A stretch of 43,423 bases of DNA from Chloroflexota bacterium (GCA_016190925.1 JACPPQ010000017.1:1-43423); one strand, 5' to 3'. Counted from the first letter of the stretch, positions 1 through 8,957 are shown. The notes: generated by a model not told the origin, from the sequence alone. Numbers and translations: made by a program.

Positions 1-47
1 AAATATTTAGCTTCGAGTTGCGCACGAGCTACAAAATATTCTGCCAT
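1..47 (-). CDS. Possible 5' end of a gene running off the left edge (MAEYFVARAQLEAKY...)
   Basis: ATG at 47 preceded by AAAGGTG on the minus strand; open to the window edge; too short to identify. Confidence 0.3.
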   Translation of the reverse strand, partial: MAEYFVARAQLEAKY

Positions 48-115
48 TTTTGCGCACACCTTTATTGTTAAGGGACTAAGCACCAAATACTAAACAAATT
101 CAAATTAACAAAATT

Positions 116-195
116 GAAATCCCTCTTAATCCCCCTTTGCGAAAGGGGGAGCCTCCCCATCCCACCACTGGATTCCCGCCTGCGCGGGAATGACA
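116..195. repeat. Adjacent REP-like palindromes (AATCCCCCTTT-AAAGGGGG type and GGATTCCCGC-GCGGGAATGAC type)
   Basis: ccccctttgcgaaaggggg and ggattcccgcctgcgcgggaatgaca; both families recur elsewhere in the window. Confidence 0.75.
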
Positions 196-344
196 AAAGG
201 GATTCTTTTTCGTGGTAATATCAAAATCCAAATATTCCAAGACGTTTTGAGTTCCTAAATTCGGTCATTTGAATTTGGCAATTATCCCTTGACATCAAGT
301 AAAGGGGTTTTAAATTTGGTAAAAGCTCCCGCATTTAATGAACC

Positions 345-440
345 GGCAAGAACTCCCTGTGGTCTTGCCACAGGAATGAATTGCCGTAAGCTCTTTATCG
401 TAGCCAAGACGCCCTGTGCTCTTGGCACAGGGAGGTTCGC
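345..440 (+). mobile_element. Miniature IS200/IS605-like remnant (two related end hairpins, no transposase)
   Basis: Hairpins cctgtgg-tcttg-ccacagg followed by ATGAATTG and ccctgtgc-tcttg-gcacaggg followed by AGGTTCGC resemble IS200/IS605 left and right end layouts. Confidence 0.5.
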
Positions 441-445
441 AATTT

Positions 446-1309
446 TTAAATCAGTCCCCTTTGCTTCAGCAACGGCCGGGGGTCTACGGTATGTCTTGAA
501 AGCCATTTGTCAACCGATTTGTTGCCGAAGGAAAGCCCCATCAGTTCCGTGAAATAGAAGACCGGGATGTTGTATTGCCTCCCTGACTCCCGCGAGATTT
601 CCTTTTGCCAGGAATCCAGGTTGGACTGGCACATGGGACATCCGGTAACGATGCAGTCTGCCCCCGCTTCCTCCGTCATGTCCAGTAGCTTCTGGATTAG
701 CCTGTAGGCCACGCCGGGCAGCGTGAGCACATGTCCCGCCCCGCAGCAATCGGTCTTGAACGACCAGTTTTTCACATCGGCGCCGAGCGCCTTCAAAATG
801 TTGTCTATCGTTTGGGGGTCATCGGGACACTTGACGTCAGTGACTTTCGGTGGCCGGGTGATAAGGCAGCCATAGTAGCAGACCGGGCTGAGCCCCTTGA
901 GGGATTTGACCATCTTGGCGCGTAGCGCCTTCTCGCCCACGTCATCCCAGATGAAGTCGGTCAGGTGCTTTATCTTGAAGTTGCCTTGAAATCCATCGAT
1001 AATACCCTCAATCTGTTTGCCAGTCCGCAGTTCTTTGTCGGCAACCTTCAGTCTCTGGTAGCAGGCCGCGCAGGGAACCACCATATTCATACCGGCTTTA
1101 TCGGCAACCAGCACATTCCTGGCGGGGAGGGCAAAGGCTAATACGTCGTTCGTGATGTGGCCGGACGAAGCCCCGCAGCAGCTCCACCCTTCAAGCTCTT
1201 TTAGCTCAACACCCAACTCCTTGGATATCGCTTCAGTGGAGTCAGCGTATTCCCTGGCTGTACCGTGGAGGGAGCATCCCGGATAGTATGAAACGTTTAT
1301 CGCGGTCAT
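446..1309 (-). CDS. hdrB: Heterodisulfide reductase subunit B-like (two CCG domains)
   Basis: YYPGC...CCG...CAAC and YYGC...CCG...CPMC motifs; overlaps hdrC stop by 4 nt. Confidence 0.9.
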   Translation of the reverse strand: MTAINVSYYPGCSLHGTAREYADSTEAISKELGVELKELEGWSCCGASSGHITNDVLAFALPARNVLVADKAGMNMVVPCAACYQRLKVADKELRTGKQIEGIIDGFQGNFKIKHLTDFIWDDVGEKALRAKMVKSLKGLSPVCYYGCLITRPPKVTDVKCPDDPQTIDNILKALGADVKNWSFKTDCCGAGHVLTLPGVAYRLIQKLLDMTEEAGADCIVTGCPMCQSNLDSWQKEISRESGRQYNIPVFYFTELMGLSFGNKSVDKWLSRHTVDPRPLLKQRGLI

Positions 1310-1872
1310 TTCGCACCCGCCTTTTTGAAGATTTTCTTTACCTGGCCGCGCGCGGGTGAGAGAACAGGAAGGGGCTTGAGCTTACCTTTAGCAAACATGG
1401 ACATACCCATACCAGCCTGTTTAATCAGGCCGCTCAGTCCACTGCTTTTCAGGGTAAAGTTGACACCTACCTCCGGCTCAAAGACCCTGCCGTACTTCTT
1501 GATGGAGGCGAGAAATACATCGTGGAAAACGGGGACATTTTTCTGCGAGGGGGTTATCCCTTCTCGACGGGAGAGCTGCCTGAGGGTATCCATCACGTGG
1601 GCGATATCGATGCCGTTGGGACACCTGGTGGAGCATGTTTCGCAGGAGGCGCATACCCAGATGGTATCGCTCTTAAGCGCCTCATCTCTGAGGCCAAGAT
1701 GGACGGAGCGAGTGAGCTTGTGCGGGGGGATATCCATGGCAAAGGTTACGGGGCAGCCGTTGGTGCACTTCTCACACTGGAAGCAGGCAGAGACCTTCTG
1801 CCCGTTCATCTCCTCCACTTCCCTGCGAAAAGACCTCTTAGGGACTACTGCGGCCGGTACTCCTGCGGTCAT
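1306..1872 (-). CDS. hdrC: Heterodisulfide reductase subunit C-like, 4Fe-4S dicluster
   Basis: CFQCEKCTNGCP and CASCETCSTRCP; GGAGG-like RBS; TATAAT upstream on the minus strand. Confidence 0.9.
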   Translation of the reverse strand: MTAGVPAAVVPKRSFRREVEEMNGQKVSACFQCEKCTNGCPVTFAMDIPPHKLTRSVHLGLRDEALKSDTIWVCASCETCSTRCPNGIDIAHVMDTLRQLSRREGITPSQKNVPVFHDVFLASIKKYGRVFEPEVGVNFTLKSSGLSGLIKQAGMGMSMFAKGKLKPLPVLSPARGQVKKIFKKAGAK

Positions 1873-2050
1873 CTCTCGCCCTCCCCAGCTTCATTATACT
1901 ATTTTAGGCACGTGTATAGGAAATGACATTAATCACGGGGTTTCTAATGGGGTAAAAGCGGGCTTTACGGTTCCAAAATGGGAAGCTGAACCGAACCATC
2001 GTATCCACCAACGTAGTTATAACACAAGACGGTTAGGGCTGTAAAGTGAA

Positions 2051-2272
2051 AAGAGAGGTTTGTTTGGCTTGTTGAGTCAACCCCGCCTCCTCCACCCGCC
2101 AGCTTGAAGGCAACACCATTCGTGCCACGATTTCAGTGCACTAAAATACATCCCGCAAGCAGGTGCTTGCGGGGCGGGTAAATCACGCAGGGTTTAACCG
2201 TAACGAGGACAACGTGCCTGCACGCCGGGATACGTTATGGACGCAGGCGCCCCAATCTCACCGAACACTCTT
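2051..2272 (-). ncRNA. Candidate large structured RNA, family unassigned
   Basis: Ends pair with each other; internal helices, a perfect 9-bp hairpin and an H-type pseudoknot; most G-U pairs favour the minus strand. Confidence 0.55.
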
Positions 2273-2289
2273 TGAGATGAGTGACTGCT

Positions 2290-2327
2290 GAGATTGCTTC
2301 GCCCGCCAGAGGCGGGTCTCGCAATGG
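2290..2327. repeat. REP-like element GAGATTGCTTCG...CTCGCAATG
   Basis: Same family at 22550-22582 and, inverted, at 32025-32063. Confidence 0.7.
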
Positions 2328-2341
2328 CAGATGGAGGCCAA

Positions 2342-2620
2342 TCACTTGGACTGATATGTCTGGCAATCAGCGTGCAAGCTATGGAAAGCAACATCGATGT
2401 TCGGGGATTTGCATTCCAGTTGCTGGTTGAACTTGCAGTCCGAAGCAAAGCAGGCGCCGATTCCACCCTTTACCTCCGCAAACCCACCCCTGGCGCTTCC
2501 GTGGTGGTAGGTGTTGCATTCTGCATGCGGGCCCACGTTTATCCCCAGCGTGTGACAGATATTTTGCTTGTTGTAGGTGCATGTGGATGCGTTACATTTG
2601 GCTACCTGGCTCATTTCCAT
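2342..2620 (-). CDS. DUF1540-like Cys-rich small protein (two repeats)
   Basis: Two C-x4-C-x2-N-x4-C...C-x-TY units; GAGGT RBS. Confidence 0.8.
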   Translation of the reverse strand: MEMSQVAKCNASTCTYNKQNICHTLGINVGPHAECNTYHHGSARGGFAEVKGGIGACFASDCKFNQQLECKSPNIDVAFHSLHADCQTYQSK

Positions 2621-2697
2621 TTCTCTACCTCCTCTTTTGATAATTTGTTTTAAGCTTCACTTTTGAGTTTTGAACTTTAATTTTTGATCTTGAACAA

Positions 2698-3405
2698 TCA
2701 CTCCTTCTCGAAGTCGGTTTTGGCCGCGCCGCAAACGGGGCATACCCAGCTATCGGGGATTTTTTCAAAGGGAGTCCCCGGGCTTATGCCTCCGTCAGGG
2801 TCGCCCTTCTCAGGCTCGTAGATATAACCGCAAACGGTGCAACGGTATTTCGCCATCGCGGATTTCGCCTCCTGTTTTTCCTCAGCTTTAACAATCGGCT
2901 TTACTTCGGCATAGGTGGCAGCGGCTTTGGGAGTCAAGCCTCCCTTTATCTGATGGTAATAATCGTAGGTCAGGCAGGCCTTTTCAGCGAGCGTATCCGC
3001 ATCGACCACCTCGCCGATGAAAATTGTGTGAGTGCCTACATCAACCTCCTGTTTCACCCTGGCCTCCAGGTAGGAGACGGCGTTGTCCAGCACCACAGGC
3101 GCCCCTGTCTCCCCTATCTTGTAGTCCAGACCCTGGAATTTGTCTGTGTCACGCCCGGATTTGAAGCCGAAGCGACCGATAAAAGTGAGAGGAGTATCCT
3201 CGCAAAGGACAGAAACGGAAAAGACCCTGCTGTCCTTGATGTACTCCCAGGTAAGGTTGTTCCTGTTGATACTGACAGCGATGGTAGGCGGCTGGGAAGT
3301 CACCTGAAACACGGTATTGGCTATCTGCCCGTTGAATTTATCGCCCTTTCTGGAACTCACCACATACACCCCGTAGCCTATCTTCTGGAGAGCTTTGATG
3401 TTCAT
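2698..3405 (-). CDS. Flavin reductase-rubredoxin fusion (high-molecular-weight rubredoxin type)
   Basis: YGVYVV...[10 protein letters not shown] flavin reductase domain plus CTVCGY...CPVCG rubredoxin; alternative GTG start at 3426. Confidence 0.9.
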   Translation of the reverse strand: MNIKALQKIGYGVYVVSSRKGDKFNGQIANTVFQVTSQPPTIAVSINRNNLTWEYIKDSRVFSVSVLCEDTPLTFIGRFGFKSGRDTDKFQGLDYKIGETGAPVVLDNAVSYLEARVKQEVDVGTHTIFIGEVVDADTLAEKACLTYDYYHQIKGGLTPKAAATYAEVKPIVKAEEKQEAKSAMAKYRCTVCGYIYEPEKGDPDGGISPGTPFEKIPDSWVCPVCGAAKTDFEKE

Positions 3406-3489
3406 TTTCCCTGCCTTTTCAGTCACTCTGTAAGGCTAACGCACGGGAGTGCAACAATGTATATATTAACGGGCTTATAGTAATGCAGT

Positions 3490-3532
3490 ATATCCGTAAG
3501 TCTACTTAATTAGGGCGGAAAAATCACGTAAT
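3490..3532. promoter_or_regulatory. Putative activator site shared with the rubrerythrin promoter
   Basis: atatccgta-agtc-tacttaatt-aggg-cg-gaaaaatca-cgtaat aligns without gaps to 8832-8874. Confidence 0.6.
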
Positions 3533-3636
3533 CTGTAGCTATCAGCTTTTAGCTATTGGCTATTTGGTGTGATTGCTACATTTGTAGCAGTGATTTGCGA
3601 ATAACCTTTTGCAAAGAGCAGGATGTCAATCAGCTT

Positions 3637-6348
3637 TCAATGTCGGTTATCCAGCGCCATCCGTTTCCTGAGCAGGGCTTTCACCGCTTCCATGAGAACA
3701 AAGACCGCCAGGCCAAAAGTGATTATCAGACCGATTTCTCCAAGCGTGGGTATGGTAATACCGAAAGCATCTCTTATCGCGGGAATCTGAACCAGCGCGG
3801 CGACCAGCACAAGCTCCCAGACAATGGCAATGAGGAGCCACCTGTGCGGCGGCGCCTTGAAAACGCTGAATCTGAGAGAACGGCAGTTGACGGCTATTAC
3901 CAGCTCTACAACGATAAACAAAAAGAACATATCCGTTCTGTCACGAACTATGTCATCCATCCCGTGGAACCAGATAAAGAAAAAGAAGGGTGCTTCAACC
4001 AGGGCGGCCAGCAGTATAAAGGACTTCACGTCCCAGCCAAAGATACTGGCCTTCGGGTTTCTCGGTGGCCGCTGCATAATGTCGGGGTCAGGCGGGGCTA
4101 TTCCGAGCGCCAGGGCCGGAAGGCCATCGGTCGCCAGGTTCATGTACAATATGGCAGCCGGCAGCAGCGGCAGGAACGCGGGTCCCAGCGCGAGCACTAC
4201 TCCGCCGATGACAATCACCTCGACGATGTTGGCCTGAAGGAGATAAGCCAGGTATTTTTTGATATTATCGTAAATCCATCTTCCTCTCTCGATGGCCTTG
4301 ACGATGGTGGCGAAATTATCGTCGCTCAGTACCATGTCGGCCGCCTCTTTGGTAACATCGGTGCCGGTTATGCCCATGGCGATGCCGATATCTGCGTGCT
4401 TGAGGGCCGGGGCATCGTTTACCCCGTCACCGGTCATGGCCACCACTTCTCCCCTGGTCTTCCAGGCCTTGACTATCTTCAGCTTGTCCAGCGGTGACAC
4501 CCTGGCATAAACGGTAACTTTATCCACAATCTTCTCGAATTCCTCGTCAGGGAGCTTTCCCAGCTCAGCGCCGGTGAGCACCATATCACCGTCCTGATAG
4601 AAACCTATTTCTCTAGCGATGGCAACGGCGGTAAGTTTGTGGTCGCCGGTTATCATGACAGGCCTGATGCCCACCTGTTTACATGTCTTCGTGGCTTCCA
4701 TGGCCTCTTCTCTCGGGGGGTCCATCATCCCGGTAAGTCCGAGTAAGACCATATCACGCTCAATAGCCTCTTCAGTCCCATCGACCGCTTGAGAAAGTTC
4801 CCTGTAGGCTACCGCAAGGACTCTCAGGGCATCCAGCGCCATTTCCTCGTTTACTTTTAAGACCTTTGCTCTTTCTTCCGCCGTCAGGGACTTTATTCCA
4901 CTGCCATTCATAATGGAGGAGCACTTCTCCAGCACTACCTCCGGCGCGCCTTTCATAAAGGCAACCTTCTTGTCGTCTTCCATGGCGTGGATTGTAGTCA
5001 TCCGTTTTCTATCGGAGCTGAAGGGTATCTCCTCTACCCTGGGACTCTTGAGCCTGCTCTCCGTGGGATGCAAGCCTGACTTGGCCGCCGCTACCACCAA
5101 GGCGCCCTCTGTGGGGTCTCCCTTGATGGACCATTTGCCATCTCTTTCCTCAAGTGTGGAGTCGTTGCAGAGAAGCCCCCCCTGGAGAAGCAACTTCAGG
5201 GACGGATTGTCAGCCGCAGTGGTCATGCCTGGAGCCTTGAATTCACCCTGGGGAGTATAGCCTGCCCCGGTAACTTCTATCATTGCGCCTCCGGTGTATA
5301 TCTTCCTGATGGTCATCTCACCCTTTGTGAGCGTGCCGGTCTTGTCGGAGCAGATTACCGTAGTGCATCCGAGCGTCTCAACGGCGGGCATCCTCTTTAC
5401 CAGGGCGTTCCTCTTTGCCATCTGGCGCATTCCTATGGCCAGAGCGCCGGTGACGATGGCGGCCAGAGCCTCGGGGACGGCTGCAACGGCAAGGGCTACA
5501 GCGAACATCACCACTTCCAGCACGAACTTTATAGTTACTCCGCTACTCCAGAACGACTCCCTCACAAAGCTCACCGCTATGATGACCCCACAGATGGACA
5601 GGGCGATAATGCCGAGGGACTTGCCTATCTCCGCCGTCCTCTTTTCGAGCGGCGTCTTCTCGGTTTCAACAGTGGCAACCTGCTCCGCTATTTTGCCGAA
5701 CTCCGTGTTCATGCCGGTAAGCACAGCCACCGCTTTTCCCCGCCCGTAAGTTACGATAGTGCCGGTGAAGGCCATATTCTTCCTCTCCCCCAACGGCGCA
5801 TCTTCCGCAAATGGCCCCGTTTCTTTGCCGACAGGCGCAGATTCCCCGGTAAGAGGCGCTTCGTCACACCTTAGTGAATGGATTTCAGCCAGCCGGGCAT
5901 CAGCAGGAATCCGGTCCCCTGCCTCAAGGAGCAATATGTCCCCCGGGACGACCTCCTTCGAGGGAATCTCCTCTTCCTTTCCTTCTCTCAAGACTGTAAT
6001 CATGGGTGAGAGCATCTTTTTCAGCGCTTCCACCGCCCGCTCGGCCCTGTATTCCTGGGTGAACCCCAGGACCGCGCTGAAGACGACGATTACCGCGATG
6101 ATAGCGGCATCCATCAGTTCCCCGATGGCTGCTGATAGGATTATGGCTACCAGGAGGACTGCAATGAGGACGTCTTTGAACTGGTGAAAGAAGAGCGTGA
6201 GCGGTGAAATCCCCTTCTCTTTCTTAAGTTCGTTATATCCATATTGTTCAAGCCGTCTTTTTACTTCGTCTCCGGAAAGACCGCGGCTGAGGTCGGTATC
6301 CAGTTCTTTTAAGACTTGAGCTGACTCCATTGCATGCCAGACTGCCAT
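3637..6348 (-). CDS. Cation-translocating P-type ATPase (P-IIA, Ca2+-type)
   Basis: TGES, PEAL, DKTGTLT, KGAPE and GDGVNDAPAL motifs. Confidence 0.93.
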   Translation of the reverse strand: MAVWHAMESAQVLKELDTDLSRGLSGDEVKRRLEQYGYNELKKEKGISPLTLFFHQFKDVLIAVLLVAIILSAAIGELMDAAIIAVIVVFSAVLGFTQEYRAERAVEALKKMLSPMITVLREGKEEEIPSKEVVPGDILLLEAGDRIPADARLAEIHSLRCDEAPLTGESAPVGKETGPFAEDAPLGERKNMAFTGTIVTYGRGKAVAVLTGMNTEFGKIAEQVATVETEKTPLEKRTAEIGKSLGIIALSICGVIIAVSFVRESFWSSGVTIKFVLEVVMFAVALAVAAVPEALAAIVTGALAIGMRQMAKRNALVKRMPAVETLGCTTVICSDKTGTLTKGEMTIRKIYTGGAMIEVTGAGYTPQGEFKAPGMTTAADNPSLKLLLQGGLLCNDSTLEERDGKWSIKGDPTEGALVVAAAKSGLHPTESRLKSPRVEEIPFSSDRKRMTTIHAMEDDKKVAFMKGAPEVVLEKCSSIMNGSGIKSLTAEERAKVLKVNEEMALDALRVLAVAYRELSQAVDGTEEAIERDMVLLGLTGMMDPPREEAMEATKTCKQVGIRPVMITGDHKLTAVAIAREIGFYQDGDMVLTGAELGKLPDEEFEKIVDKVTVYARVSPLDKLKIVKAWKTRGEVVAMTGDGVNDAPALKHADIGIAMGITGTDVTKEAADMVLSDDNFATIVKAIERGRWIYDNIKKYLAYLLQANIVEVIVIGGVVLALGPAFLPLLPAAILYMNLATDGLPALALGIAPPDPDIMQRPPRNPKASIFGWDVKSFILLAALVEAPFFFFIWFHGMDDIVRDRTDMFFLFIVVELVIAVNCRSLRFSVFKAPPHRWLLIAIVWELVLVAALVQIPAIRDAFGITIPTLGEIGLIITFGLAVFVLMEAVKALLRKRMALDNRH

Positions 6349-6443
6349 ATCAATACCTCTCAGAATATGCTGTGTTGCGCCACCTATGAATGATGAAGAG
6401 CCTTCCGCGAAACGCGCCTATGGTTTAATTTCAATGTCTATTA

Positions 6444-6514
6444 TGTCATTCCCCGCGAAGGCGGGGAATCTACTTTATGCATTATTAGACCCTCCGCCTT
6501 CGCGGAGGGTGACA
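6444..6514. repeat. Inverted REP doublet
   Basis: tgtcattccccgcgaaggcggggaatcta ... tagaccctccgccttcgcggagggtgaca. Confidence 0.75.
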
Positions 6515-6589
6515 GTTTCGCGGGACGCTATGATGAATATTATCTTTGCACAGGTCCTTCAGGGAAAGATGGCCTCTATATCCAGCGAA

Positions 6590-8038
6590 TCACGTTATCT
6601 TTTCTACCTTGAGAAGATTAGTGGAGCCGGCAACGCCTATCGGGATGCCGCCGGTGATGACAATCAAATCCCCCGTCTTTGCCAGCCCAAGCTCCTGTGA
6701 AAGCCGTGCCCCGGTGGCAAACAGTTCGTCTATGGATGAAGGAAACGCGATGGGGAAGGGATGGACTCCCCAGCGCAGCAGCAGCCTTCCCGCCACAACG
6801 CTGCTGGGAGTTATTGCCAGTATGGGCACGCCGGGGCGGTATTTGGAAACGCGCCCTGCTGTGCTGCCGGACTCGGTAAAGGCCACGATGGCTGCCGCCT
6901 TCAGACGTTGGGCGGTGTGACAGGCGTTATAGCTTATCAGCTCCTCGGTCTGAGGGGCAAACCATTCGCCTCTTTCAGCCAAAATGCGTTCGTAAGGCAG
7001 TTTGTTTTCTGCCTCCTGTGCGATTTTTGCCATTATCCGTACAGCCTGCGCCGGATATTTCCCGACAGAGGTCTCCGCCGAAAGCATGACCGCATCGCTC
7101 CCGTCGAAGATGGCGTTGGCGACGTCGGTGACCTCGGCGCGGGTGGGACGCACGGAGTTTACCATGGACTCCAGCATCTCCGTAGCGGTGATAACGGGTT
7201 TTCCCGCGCGATTGCACTTTCGAATGATGTCCTTCTGCACCATCGGCACTTTTTCAATAGGTATATCCACTCCCAGGTCTCCCCTGGCTACCATGACACC
7301 GTCGCTGGCTTCAAGTATGCTATCGAAGTCGTGGACTGCCTGCCCGCGCTCTATCTTGGCGATAACAGGAATGTCCGCACGGTTCTCCCGCAATATGCCT
7401 TTGACGCCGGAGACATTGGCAGCACTGCTGACAAAGGACAGCGCCAGGTAGTCAGGCTTCTGCCCCACTGCAAAGATAATCTGCCTCCGTAGAGAATCGC
7501 TAATGAACGGCTCGATGCTGGGCATTCCGGGAATAACCAGGCCGCGGCCCTCGGTAAGCGGACCACCCACAGTCACGCGGGTTTTCACCTCGGCGCTCTC
7601 TACCTTAAGCACCGTGAGTTGCAACCTGCCATCATCAAGCAGGACGGTATCTCCCGCTTTAACGCTCTGCGGCAGGGTGGTGAGGTTCACCGGCACCAGA
7701 GTGGCATCACCCTCTACCTGCCGGGTGGTAAGCACCAGGGTGGCGCCTCTCTTGAGGACCGCATGGCCGCCTTTCAGCTTGCCGGTGCGGTACTTCGGCC
7801 CGGCGAGGTCTATGAGAGTGGCAACATTGATTCCCAGGCGCTGGCTCAACCTCTTCACCGTATCCACGTAACGGGCGTGGTTGTCGAAAGTCCCATGAGA
7901 CAGGTTCAGCCTGGCAACATTCATGCCCGCGCGGATGAGCCGCTCAATCATGGCCGCCGAACCTGTTGCCGGCCCGATGGTGCACACTATCTTGGTCCGC
8001 CTGTTGAAGAAGCGAGCATTTTTCATGGTTGTAATCAT
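6590..8038 (-). CDS. pyk: Pyruvate kinase
   Basis: RTKIVCTIGPA, ARLNLSHG, AKIE, MVARGDLG, RPTRAE, VMLSAE; start may be 8026. Confidence 0.97.
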   Translation of the reverse strand: MITTMKNARFFNRRTKIVCTIGPATGSAAMIERLIRAGMNVARLNLSHGTFDNHARYVDTVKRLSQRLGINVATLIDLAGPKYRTGKLKGGHAVLKRGATLVLTTRQVEGDATLVPVNLTTLPQSVKAGDTVLLDDGRLQLTVLKVESAEVKTRVTVGGPLTEGRGLVIPGMPSIEPFISDSLRRQIIFAVGQKPDYLALSFVSSAANVSGVKGILRENRADIPVIAKIERGQAVHDFDSILEASDGVMVARGDLGVDIPIEKVPMVQKDIIRKCNRAGKPVITATEMLESMVNSVRPTRAEVTDVANAIFDGSDAVMLSAETSVGKYPAQAVRIMAKIAQEAENKLPYERILAERGEWFAPQTEELISYNACHTAQRLKAAAIVAFTESGSTAGRVSKYRPGVPILAITPSSVVAGRLLLRWGVHPFPIAFPSSIDELFATGARLSQELGLAKTGDLIVITGGIPIGVAGSTNLLKVEKIT

Positions 8039-8210
8039 AGCACACCTGGCTGTGCTCTGGCACGGATTTGTGTCGTGTCAGGGAACCCGGAGATGTATTG
8101 GGGTAGATGGCAAGCTTGATTTCTAGCCTGCGCCGGAATGATAAGCTTTTGGTTCGGCTACAGAGTTGGGAAATGTTATCAGAAAGCCTTCGAGTGGGAT
8201 GGCGAAGAAA

Positions 8211-8762
8211 TCAAGCAAAAGTCTGAAACTTGTCCTTTTTGGCATTGCATATAGGGCACTCATCCGGTAAGTCCCCTTCGCAAGTCCATCCACAAACTGT
8301 GCATACGCTCACAGGACCAAGATTCACGTCCTTTTTCCCTGAGTCGATAGCCTGTTTGGCCTTTTGGAACAGGGCAGCATGAGTTTTCTCTCCCTCAAAC
8401 GCATAGGTGAAGCTCAGTTGCGCGCCTTTTTCCCTCTGGAGTTTTGCAGTTTCCAGAAAGGTGGGATACATCTCCGTAATTTCATACGTCTCACCATCGA
8501 TGCCGCCCTGGAGGTTCTGAGAAGTGCCACCGAGCCCAAAGACAGCCATCGAAGCACACAACTTATCGCCCACCTGGTCTTTCAGGGCACGGAAATGGCT
8601 GGCGGCGTGGACCGTCTCGGCTGAAGCGATGGCCCTGAAGAGCCGTGCGATATTGGGATAACCCTCCTGCTCAGCTTTATCGCCCCAAATCTTGTAGCGC
8701 ATGTGGGCCATGGATTCGCCGCCGTGAGCGTTTCGTAAATTGGATACCGTTATCGCATGCAT
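8211..8762 (-). CDS. Rubrerythrin family protein
   Basis: GESMA...ETVHA...ETYE...EKTHA di-iron ligands plus CTVC...CPIC; GGAGG RBS before ATG 8762. Confidence 0.92.
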   Translation of the reverse strand: MHAITVSNLRNAHGGESMAHMRYKIWGDKAEQEGYPNIARLFRAIASAETVHAASHFRALKDQVGDKLCASMAVFGLGGTSQNLQGGIDGETYEITEMYPTFLETAKLQREKGAQLSFTYAFEGEKTHAALFQKAKQAIDSGKKDVNLGPVSVCTVCGWTCEGDLPDECPICNAKKDKFQTFA

Positions 8763-8831
8763 AAAACCTGCCTCCTTCAAAGTCGATTGGCGATATTCAT
8801 TTAACATGCTAGGACACAACCTTCAGCGCGA

Positions 8832-8874
8832 ATATACGTAGACATACGTAATTGAATCGAGAAACCCCCGTAAT
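8832..8874. promoter_or_regulatory. Putative NarL-like 7-2-7 operator plus distal half-site
   Basis: TACGTAG-AC-ATACGTA; matches 3490-3532. Confidence 0.6.
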
Positions 8875-8957
8875 TTCAGTTAACCCGGCACCATTATACC
8901 AAGAATGTGCCTATAATGATTAATAGGCAATTGCCAGAGGGAAATTGGAGGAGCAAG

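Noticed and set aside
282-506. 74-aa ORF with an internal repeat (QGVLA twice)
   Set aside because: The repeat comes from the two IS-like hairpins; it overlaps the hdrB end and has no family features
2051-2272. Assignment as 6S RNA, tmRNA, SRP, RNase P or a known riboswitch
   Set aside because: ccgcctcctccacc resembles a tmRNA 3' end but lacks a T-loop, CCA and matching 5' end; the fold is multibranched rather than the 6S rod; no SRP, RNase P, cobalamin, SAM or T-box signatures
3556-6187. Several plus-strand ORFs opposite the P-type ATPase (similar shadows occur over pyk, glgP, purL and purH)
   Set aside because: Antisense or alternate-frame ORFs without motifs, overlapping well-supported genes
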